From: a virus
Lineage: Duplodnaviria; Caudoviricetes
Strand: one strand, 5' to 3'
Virus record (IMG/VR): IMGVR_UViG_3300028591_000096
DNA: 64,000 nucleotides
Position numbers and translations under genes: made by a program. Shown here in pieces: positions 52,385 to 59,777 of this stretch; within the stretch, counting starts at the first letter, position 1, and each line of letters opens with the position of its first letter. The notes beneath the pieces are model-generated. The model ran no database searches. It was not told where the DNA came from and saw only the letters and a list, made by a program, of their open reading frames with translations.

Positions 52385-52972
52385 ACGGACTACGAAAAGA
52401 AATACAAGGAGGCTCTTAATAGAGCAAAAAGACTTCATAAGCAAATTGATAATAGTATTAGTAAGGCTGAGCCAAAGTTCCACGAGGGTGATTGGGTAAT
52501 AGACAAACAGGGTATTGTGCATCAGATTGCTAAAGCAGTAGAGACTATTACCAACCACACTTATTGTTATGATATTGTTGGTGGTGGATATTTTAATGAT
52601 AACACAGAATGTGTAAGACTATGGACTATCCAAGATGCAAAGGATGGTGATGTGCTTTATTCACTTGATAGCAGTCAACCTTTCATATATAAAGAAAGAA
52701 AGCCGCATGAACAAGCCACTGCATATTGTGGTATCAATAAGTATGGCAGATTCTTTGTAGGAAACACTAAAGATTGCATAATCGTACTTGATAATTATGT
52801 TCCTGCCACCAAAGAACAACGTGACACCCTAATGAAGGCAATGGCTGATGCAGGATGGAAATTTGATTTTGAGAAGGAAGAGCTGAAAAAGATTGAGAAG
52901 AAGTCTTCTTGAAGTGAAGATGATGAAACTTATTCAGACCATGCTTTTACTGCTATTAAAGAAGCAAGATGA
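52385..52972 (+). pseudogene. Paralog of 47845-49194 with an ACG start and internal TGA
   Basis: GGAGG...ACG GAC TAC GAA reads (M)DYEKKYKEAL...KAEPKFHEGDW; KKSS*SEDDE where the paralog has KSAWSKED. Confidence 0.65.
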
Positions 52973-53170
52973 AGAAAATGATGAAAAAATAATCCATAAA
53001 ACGTTTTCATATATCAGAATAAAGTTGTATATTTGTAATGTTAAATAACATGGATTAGCTAAATTTGGTAGAACGTAATCGAAGTAGTGTCCAGGATGAT
53101 TGGTAGCACTGCCACTTCGATATTTTCATAAATATGGTATAATACAAGATAAAGATTATCAATAAAATAA

Positions 53171-54085
53171 ATGGGTTCGGAGAAGAAAAGAATACTTGTT
53201 TTGGTAATGTCATGTAATGAAGATTTTTTCAAAAGTGAGGAGATAATTTGCAGACATACATGGGCGAAGCCAATATTGGATAAAGAATATGATAATATCG
53301 AGTATTTTTCGTATACTGGTGGTCATGATAGATCTTATGTTGATTTAAATGATCATCATATATATTGCAAATCTGGAGATGGTATTTTTGATACATATCA
53401 GAAAACGTATGAGGTTTTTACGCTTCTTGATAAATTTAATATATCTTATGATTATATCTTAAGGACAAATACGAGCACTGTAGTTAACGTAGGTCTACTT
53501 AATGCTTTTATAAACAGTAATGGTATTAATGAAAATTATGTGTATTGTGGAGAAATATATAATATAGGTCTTCCTTGTCCTTTAACGAATTCTATATATC
53601 CAAGAGGTAACTCTGTTATATATTCAAATAAAATAATAGATGTTATAAAAGATTTTAATAAACATGTGTATGTCCCAGAAACATTATTTGCTGATGATAA
53701 CATTCTTGGGAATATAGTAAATGTATATCACTTTCTTAAGTTTGAGGATTATAGAGATTTTATCAAGAGTTATGGATTTGCGTGGTATGAGTGCTATCCT
53801 AAAGAACACGATGCTGCAAAGTTGTCAAATGGCGTATCTTCATGGGGGAATGATGATGACTCATATGAATATTTGAAGAATTTTATTTCAATACAGATAA
53901 AATCATACGTTGACAGAAGTACAGAATTTAAGAAAATGCAAAAAATATCATCAATAATATCAAAGAAAAAAGATGATTATTCAGATGAATTGAAATTTAT
54001 AAATAAATATATGGCAAATCCAAAAGTATATGTGTTTAATAGAAAAATATCAACACATACATATTTGAATTTGTATCAGAAATAA
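53171..54085 (+). CDS. Putative glycosyltransferase (GT-A-like)
   Basis: ILVLVMSC, QKTY, YDYILRTNTST, YPRGN, ADD. Confidence 0.55.
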   Translation: MGSEKKRILVLVMSCNEDFFKSEEIICRHTWAKPILDKEYDNIEYFSYTGGHDRSYVDLNDHHIYCKSGDGIFDTYQKTYEVFTLLDKFNISYDYILRTNTSTVVNVGLLNAFINSNGINENYVYCGEIYNIGLPCPLTNSIYPRGNSVIYSNKIIDVIKDFNKHVYVPETLFADDNILGNIVNVYHFLKFEDYRDFIKSYGFAWYECYPKEHDAAKLSNGVSSWGNDDDSYEYLKNFISIQIKSYVDRSTEFKKMQKISSIISKKKDDYSDELKFINKYMANPKVYVFNRKISTHTYLNLYQK

Positions 54086-54325
54086 AAAACAACTGGTCAG
54101 AGTAAAGTGAACTAACCATTCAACCTTTCTGTAAAGGTATGTATCGTCCAACTTTTCTAACTTCTGTGGTGGAAATTAAGATATGGTTGGCTGTCAAATA
54201 AAGACGTAAGACATTACAGACTGTTGTTTATTTTTTGAAATTACAAAATAAAAACAGATATATAAAAGATATCTCATATGAGATAATTAGTTTAACAAAA
54301 ATTAAAAACAAAAATTAAGAGAAAA

Positions 54326-54496
54326 ATGAAGAAGATTATTTTGGTAGCATTTGCCATGATCGGAATGACACTTGCAAGTTGTGGTAATGGTAAAGCAATC
54401 GACGCAGTTGAAAATGACAGCACAGCCGCTGATACTGTAGTTGTTGATAGCGTAGTTGTAGATTCTGTTGCAGTTGATTCAATTTGTGCAGAGTAA
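54326..54496 (+). CDS. Small lipoprotein (56 aa; missed by ORF track)
   Basis: MKKIILVAFAMIGMTLASC lipobox followed by DS/DT-VVV repeats. Confidence 0.8.
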   Translation: MKKIILVAFAMIGMTLASCGNGKAIDAVENDSTAADTVVVDSVVVDSVAVDSICAE

Positions 54497-54540
54497 AAAA
54501 TTTGAAGATAAATAACTTAATGAAAAAGATTGTACTTAAA

Positions 54541-54757
54541 TCGGTAAATATCATATAAATTATATAAATCATAAGGAAAATTAATTAATGCTGATATAAA
54601 TGGTTCTATAGGCATCATGAGAAAAGCAAAAGAAATCTCAGATGTTAATTTAATTAACTTACGAGATAGAGGTGACATTGTATCACCAAAGGTGTTAAAT
54701 ATTTAACCATTAAATGAATTTATATAGTTTATAAAATTATATGTCTTCAATACATTA
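54541..54757 (+). mobile_element. TnpB-derived non-autonomous remnant, family 2
   Basis: 54575-54706 translates to GKLINADINGSIGIMRK...RGDIVSPKVLNI (TnpB RuvC-III/C-terminus); paralog at 10340. Confidence 0.7.
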
Positions 54758-55228
54758 TGGTTTACAAGGAGAATATAAATCAGCAGACAATCTTATAGTA
54801 GAGGATAATAGAACTTTTAAAAATGTAAAATTGAAAAAGATCAATTCTCGATAAAATAAGATAAAGTTAACAAGAATAACGGTCTGATGATAAAAAAATC
54901 AACAGACCGTTTTTATTGTTGGTAGGTTCTGCTAAATTTCAAGACAAAAATACAATAACTCTTGAAATCAGAGTTAGATTCTATCACCAATCACACAAAT
55001 GATTGTTCTTTGATATATTGATACAGATTTGACAAATAGAGATCGATCTCTAAGACAAACACGATGCAGGAGAGACGGTAACATTTAAGCAAACCGAGAA
55101 AGCACTTCTTCTGATGAGATGGATAAGAAAATCAAACAAAAAGAAACTTTGAGAAAAATTTCATAAATTTGTTTTTCATATTAATAAAAAGTTGTATATT
55201 TGCAACAGAAAAAGGATGGAGCATTGGT

Positions 55229-55427
55229 GTATTTAACTATTATTTAAAAAGTTAAACTTTTTTATATATTATTAGATAAATCAAATAGGGTGCAGTACAC
55301 CCGAATTCACGCTTGTGGACTACCCAACCGTGGATGACCGTTGCGAAAGCAACCTAAAAAGCGGTGGTAGGTTGAAACAAGAAGTTAATAATGAACAGAC
55401 AAGTTTGTTCAAGTTTTAACATACTGT
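55229..55427 (+). mobile_element. IS607-like MITE copy D
   Basis: Divergent left end, conserved scaffold with compensatory changes, right end TACTGT. Confidence 0.8.
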
Positions 55428-55527
55428 ATACAAGATGTATCGGCCGTTAAACGTCTTAGCACATTGCCAACATGAGGCAGAGGAAGTGACCGCAACCAAT
55501 ACAGTTATTGCTAACCTGTAAAAGCAT

Positions 55528-55601
55528 GGGCCCATAGCTCAGTTGGTTAGAGCACCTGACTCATAATCAGGGAGTCACAGGTTCAAGCCCTGTTGGGCCC
55601 A
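55528..55601 (+). tRNA. tRNA-Ile2(CAT) (or Met)
   Basis: GGGCCCA/TGGGCCC acceptor; CCTGA-CTCATAA-TCAGG. Confidence 0.9.
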
Positions 55602-55612
55602 CATTAAATAAT

Positions 55613-55710
55613 ACTAACATAGATTAATGGTTAAACCAAAATCCTTATAAGATTTAGACCATTACAATACATCATCATGGTTAAGGTTCAGGTGTATTTA
55701 AGTGTTAGTA
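55613..55710 (+). tRNA. tRNA-like RNA with TAT anticodon and aberrant variable/T region
   Basis: ACTAACA/TGTTAGT acceptor; AAATC-CTTATAA-GATTT; no canonical T-arm. Confidence 0.5.
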
Positions 55711-55718
55711 AAAATCAT

Positions 55719-55792
55719 TTGGAATTGGATTAGCTGGATAGAACGCAAATTTCATACGTTTGATTTCGTGTGTTAGATCCACACATTCCCAG
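55719..55792 (+). tRNA. Degenerate tRNA-Met(CAT)
   Basis: CAAAT-TTCATAC-GTTTG; GTGTG-TTAGATC-CACAC. Confidence 0.55.
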
Positions 55793-55830
55793 CAAGAGTT
55801 CATTGACATAATTTAAAACAAATATATGAT

Positions 55831-55904
55831 GCACCATTAGCTCAGTTGGATAGAGCAATAGCCTTCTAAGCTGTGGGTCATAGGTTCGAATCCTATATGG
55901 TGTA
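55831..55904 (+). tRNA. tRNA-Arg(TCT)
   Basis: Canonical cloverleaf, CTTCTAA loop. Confidence 0.9.
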
Positions 55905-55910
55905 CAACAA

Positions 55911-55982
55911 GCTCCGTTAGCTCAGAGGTAGAGCAACTGACTGTTAATCAGTAGGTCGGGATATCGTAATTCTCACGGAGCG
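55911..55982 (+). tRNA. tRNA-Asn(GTT), non-canonical T-loop
   Basis: ACTGA-CTGTTAA-TCAGT; T-loop ATCGTAA. Confidence 0.8.
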
Positions 55983-55988
55983 CAAAAA

Positions 55989-56114
55989 TAGGCAATGACA
56001 GGGAAATGGTATACCTGCGCCACGAGATAATATCAGATGGAGGGAGAGGAAGGTATTCTCCGTAAATGTTGACTGAATTTTTCAGTAATGATGGTTCGAA
56101 TCCATCTTGCTTAT
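55989..56114 (+). ncRNA. tRNA-like RNA with an expanded (~70 nt) anticodon/variable domain
   Basis: TAGGCAA/TTGCTTA acceptor, CAGG/CCTG D-stem, GATGG-TTCGAAT-CCATC T-arm. Confidence 0.55.
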
Positions 56115-56119
56115 CAAAT

Positions 56120-56198
56120 CGGAGTTTGGCGTAAGAAATGTCGCTGAAGACAGTATTAGAACATGAGGTCGCTCCTCAGGTTAGAATCCTAAACTCCA
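56120..56198 (+). pseudogene. Pseudo-tRNA, anticodon arm unreadable
   Basis: GGAGTT/AACTCC acceptor; AGG-TTAGAAT-CCT. Confidence 0.45.
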
Positions 56199-56207
56199 AC
56201 AAAATAT

Positions 56208-56288
56208 GGCTCTGTGGCGGAATTGGTAGACGCAGTTGTTTCAAAATCAACAGAGAGATCGTGATAGTTAGAGTCTATTCAGGTGTAC
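56208..56288 (+). pseudogene. Degenerate tRNA-Leu(CAA)
   Basis: Leu-type D-arm, TTCAAAA loop, broken T and acceptor stems. Confidence 0.5.
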
Positions 56289-56294
56289 TAAACT

Positions 56295-56378
56295 GTGAGA
56301 ATGGCGGAATTGGTAGACGCGCAAGCATAAGGAGCTTGTTGGTTTACTCCAGTGTGGGTTCGAGTCCCACTTCTCGCA
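56295..56378 (+). tRNA. tRNA-Leu(AAG)
   Basis: GTGAGAA/TTCTCGC acceptor; CAAGC-ATAAGGA-GCTTG; canonical T-arm. Confidence 0.85.
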
Positions 56379-56384
56379 CAATAT

Positions 56385-56471
56385 GCGGAATTGGCGAAAT
56401 TGGTCAGACGCACTAGATTTAGGATCTAGCGTTGAAAATGATACGTATGGGTTCGAATCCCTTGTTCCGCA
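56385..56471 (+). tRNA. tRNA-Leu(TAG)
   Basis: CTAGA-TTTAGGA-TCTAG; long variable arm. Confidence 0.9.
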
Positions 56472-56628
56472 CATATGATTGCTTATGGTTGTATATAGGT
56501 AACAGCACTGTCCAATACAGGAAGTCTTGCTAACAGAAAGTTATATCAACATATGATAATGTATAATTAATAGGAGTGAGTATGTGTAAATAACTGTTCG
56601 AATCCTTCAAGCTGTGCTAAAACATAAA

Positions 56629-56722
56629 GGGAAGATAACGGCATCAGACTGTAAATCTGGCCAGCGTTAACAAATTGTCGTAGTGGACTTGCTGTAAGGG
56701 GGTTCGAATCCCTCTCTTCCCA
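56629..56722 (+). tRNA. D-arm-less tRNA-Tyr(GTA)-like RNA with a long variable region
   Basis: GGGAAGA/TCTTCCC acceptor; 8-nt linker; TCAGA-CTGTAAA-TCTGG; GGGGG-TTCGAAT-CCCTC. Confidence 0.65.
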
Positions 56723-56805
56723 CAAAATTACTGCATTGTGTACTAGGATTTTGGTTCCTATATTTAATGTTCGAATCCTGGTTTGGAAAACAAATTATAA
56801 AAATT

Positions 56806-56982
56806 ATGGACAAAAGAGAAGAATTAGTACAACTTGCTGGTCAAGTAATAAATGGAATAATGTCAGCTGATGGAACTATGTTGTCTAAACTATTAGATAG
56901 AGGTATACACTCTCAAGTTGCGAAAACAGCTGTTGATATCGCATTAGATATGCAACACGAAATAGACAAGCATTATAATTAA
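56806..56982 (+). CDS. Small hypothetical protein
   Basis: MDKREELVQLAGQVINGIMS...; ATG after an A-rich leader. Confidence 0.6.
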   Translation: MDKREELVQLAGQVINGIMSADGTMLSKLLDRGIHSQVAKTAVDIALDMQHEIDKHYN

Positions 56983-56983
56983 A

Positions 56984-57059
56984 TGGGACATGTGGTTGAG
57001 TGACTTAGGTTCAAGCTTGTGGTACTTGTTTACGTGTGTTTGAACCAAACACTACCACC
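56984..57059 (+). pseudogene. Pseudo-tRNA-His(GTG)
   Basis: CAAGC-TTGTGGT-ACTTG-TTTAC, paralogous to 44394. Confidence 0.5.
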
Positions 57060-57063
57060 TAAT

Positions 57064-57136
57064 CTTGCTGTGGGTGAGTTGGTTTAGCCAGTGGTCTGCA
57101 AAACCATGCACATCGGTTCGAGTCCGATCAGCGAGT
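57064..57136 (+). tRNA. tRNA-Cys(GCA)
   Basis: GTGGT-CTGCAAA-ACCAT; U73. Confidence 0.9.
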
Positions 57137-57159
57137 CAATTTTTTTGATAAATAGAAAT

Positions 57160-57392
57160 ATTGTAGGTTTGTTGACCAGTATAAGGAGTGCGTATGGACA
57201 GCGGTTCGACTCCGCTCATCTCCACTAACTGATTGATAATCAGATATTTACATAATGGGGATGTTTGGCTTTGACAGCGCAGGATGGATATTGCGAGGAT
57301 CTGCATGAGTCAGAAATGACAACACAACCTTTTATGCTATTGCTGCGTAAGACGCAGTAAAAGCGAGTTAGCAACCAACTAAAAAGTTGCAA
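57160..57392 (+). ncRNA. ssrA: Circularly permuted (two-piece) tmRNA; outer ends approximate
   Basis: 3' acceptor piece GGAC-AGCGG-TTCGACT-CCGCT-CATCTCC-A (ends 57224) precedes 5' piece GGGGATG...TTGAC (starts 57257). G3.U70 present. Tag NDNTTFYAIAA* at 57315-57350. Confidence 0.85.
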
Positions 57393-57504
57393 AAAGAGAA
57401 TCCACAATGGGTTCCCTTTTTTATTTTATTATGTATTTTGTTTTTCAAATTGAATATTTTTGTGATTTACTTTGTTCGCATGCTGAAAAAAAAGTTAAAG
57501 TCGC

Positions 57505-59235
57505 TTACCATCCTTTAGATGAATATGCATTAACAAGGCACATTATATTATCACTTTTATTTTCTGGTATTTTTTCTTGTAATGCATCAATGCATAATTT
57601 TAATGTTGCTCCGCTGTTGACATCTTCGTCAAATATTAGAAATTTAGCATTTTTATATTGTGATGTCAAGTTATCTTTTTTGTTGAGGTATTTATCAGCA
57701 ACAATATAAACATTATGTAAATATGGTCTAAATTGTTTTTCGAATGATGTTATTTTAGATTTTTTTGAATCAAATCTTATTTTGTATCCTTTTTGTTTTA
57801 ATTGTTCAGAATATTTTTTAATATTGTTATATGTTTCAAGCAGAACAGTATTGAATTTTTTAAATCCTATCTTCATTTTAATAATAGATATTACTTGATT
57901 TATTATGTGATCTATATTATATCTTTTATTATATATTTTTATAGTTCTGTTTTTAAAATTATTTAAAATTTGTTTAGAAATAACATCGTTTGATGATTTT
58001 ATATGATCTATAATTATTTTATATGAATATATCATAATACTTTGAAATACATCGTTGATAGGTGTTTTTTGGCGTGAGTGTAATTCAAAAGATATATTTT
58101 CAAAAAGGCTTTTGTATTTTTCTATGAAATTTTTTATTGGTTCTGAAATTTCATATGATATTTCTTTATATGCTAAATTTTTAACCTTATATTCAAATTG
58201 CATAATATCTTTTTCGGAAAATCCATCTTTTCTCATTTCTTCAATGTCTTTATCTTTATTAAATTTGACTTTAATAAGATTTCGTTTAAAAAAATCTTTA
58301 TTGTATGGTATATTTAATTTCTTTGAAAGATTTGTGCAATAATATTCGTTAAATTTAGATGATGATGGAGGAGATATTATAAAATCTGGATAGAACTTTT
58401 CATTATGCAGTACATATGCTGCATACTGAATAGATTTATCTATAAACTGATTTATAGTTGTATAACTCTTATCATTTAGATCATATGAGATTTTATCATG
58501 ATATTTGCTTTGATCGTCTATTGAAAAATTATGTTTTATATCTGGTGTTATATTATCATCATATTTTACATCTATATTTGATAATTCGTTATTTTTATAT
58601 GTTTTTTTACGGTTCTCAGCATCTATACCTAATATTGAGTCCGTATTTCCGTTTTGTCTTATTTTTCCATGTTTTATCGCATCACTGAAATTAAAATCAG
58701 TCATACTGAATAATGCTATATATTTAACAGTTGTTTCTGGGACTGTTCCTGTCATATATCTTGCAACTTTATCATTATTATATTCGTTGTTTATGCGATT
58801 TATAGTTTTTGTGTAAACGTCTGCTTCTTTTTCTATTCTTGTTATTGCCTTTTTAGCGGAATCGATAATGAAATTATCAGACTTATTCTCAGAAAACCAT
58901 TTTGCTACCGCTGATACTGTTCTGGGAGAAACATTCTCTGATGGCTCTATTTTTCCAGTTCTTCCATTTTTTATAAATTCTATAATATCATTGTAATACT
59001 TTATAGTATCTTCTTTTGATTCTGCTGTATCATATAATGATTTTGATAAAATGTGACCAGTTCCGTCACCAAACATAACATCAGATTTTTTACCGAATAC
59101 TCTTGTATCTACAGAATTTGTTCCTCTATTCGCATTATCTGATTTATCTTGGTTTACAGAAAGATTGATTGTCCCATCATCATTTTTTCTCCAATCTACA
59201 CCTTCATTAATAATCTTATATAATTGAATTTTCAT
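57505..59235 (-). CDS. Protein with a C-terminal type I phosphoribosyltransferase-like domain
   Basis: PPSSSKFN and PRPP-binding-like FLIFDEDVNSGATL. Confidence 0.65.
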   Translation of the reverse strand: MKIQLYKIINEGVDWRKNDDGTINLSVNQDKSDNANRGTNSVDTRVFGKKSDVMFGDGTGHILSKSLYDTAESKEDTIKYYNDIIEFIKNGRTGKIEPSENVSPRTVSAVAKWFSENKSDNFIIDSAKKAITRIEKEADVYTKTINRINNEYNNDKVARYMTGTVPETTVKYIALFSMTDFNFSDAIKHGKIRQNGNTDSILGIDAENRKKTYKNNELSNIDVKYDDNITPDIKHNFSIDDQSKYHDKISYDLNDKSYTTINQFIDKSIQYAAYVLHNEKFYPDFIISPPSSSKFNEYYCTNLSKKLNIPYNKDFFKRNLIKVKFNKDKDIEEMRKDGFSEKDIMQFEYKVKNLAYKEISYEISEPIKNFIEKYKSLFENISFELHSRQKTPINDVFQSIMIYSYKIIIDHIKSSNDVISKQILNNFKNRTIKIYNKRYNIDHIINQVISIIKMKIGFKKFNTVLLETYNNIKKYSEQLKQKGYKIRFDSKKSKITSFEKQFRPYLHNVYIVADKYLNKKDNLTSQYKNAKFLIFDEDVNSGATLKLCIDALQEKIPENKSDNIMCLVNAYSSKGW

Positions 59236-59316
59236 CCATTATTTTTTTATATTTATATATTTATTAAATAAAAAGGTCAGATACTTTCTTAATATGTTTA
59301 AAAGTTGTATATTTGC

Positions 59317-59392
59317 AAAAAAGTAGTGGATCTGCGAAGCAAGAAGTTAATAAAGCACGAAGTTCAACTTTGTATAAGTCTTAATATACGGT
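59317..59392 (+). mobile_element. MITE copy E (right-end half only)
   Basis: AAAAAGTAGTGG...AAGCAAGAAGTTAATAAAGCACGAAGTTCAACTTTGT...TACGGT, nearly identical to the 3' half of copy B. Confidence 0.75.
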
Positions 59393-59531
59393 GGTAGTAT
59401 GTCAAAAAGACTTAATATAGAAATAAGATAAAACTTTGTTGTAAAATTTCGCATAAATAGTTCAAGAATTACAAATGATGGTACATTGTATTTTGGAAGT
59501 AAAATATAAAAAATAAAAACAATTATTTAAA

Positions 59532-59777
59532 ATGGCAAAGACAATTTATTTTTATGAGATGTCGAAAATTGACGACACACCTTATGTTATTACAAACACT
59601 AATAGCTTTTATGATTTCTGTAATCATTATGGCATTAAATTAACTACAGCTAACAAGAACTTCATTAATAATAATTGTGAGATTTATGCTATTTGTAAGC
59701 AAGGAAAATCTGAACTTGTTTTGAGTAGGGATTATAAAAATCTTCGTAAGAATTTCAGTAAAGCAAAGCGTCGTTGA
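59532..59777 (+). CDS. Hypothetical protein
   Basis: 81-aa ORF followed by a terminator hairpin at 59785-59820. Confidence 0.65.
   Translation: MAKTIYFYEMSKIDDTPYVITNTNSFYDFCNHYGIKLTTANKNFINNNCEIYAICKQGKSELVLSRDYKNLRKNFSKAKRR

Noticed and set aside
53050-53122. tRNA gene after the promoter at 53024
   Set aside because: Only a D-arm-like fragment followed by an unrelated hairpin; no anticodon or T arm.
55060-55140. Hammerhead-like CTGATGAG-AT...ATC-AAAC
   Set aside because: The conserved G of GAAA is missing and CTG is sequestered by upstream CAGGAGA; at most a degenerate element.
56208-56288. Opal suppressor/Sec tRNA (TCA reading of TTTCAAA)
   Set aside because: Stem register GTTG/CAAC centres the loop on CAA, and the D-arm is Leu-type.
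10436-59392. Repeats as a CRISPR array or as self-splicing IStron introns
   Set aside because: Copies are dispersed with no repeat-spacer periodicity. At about 200 nt they are fully accounted for by IS ends plus the TnpB tail, and no group I core was recognised.
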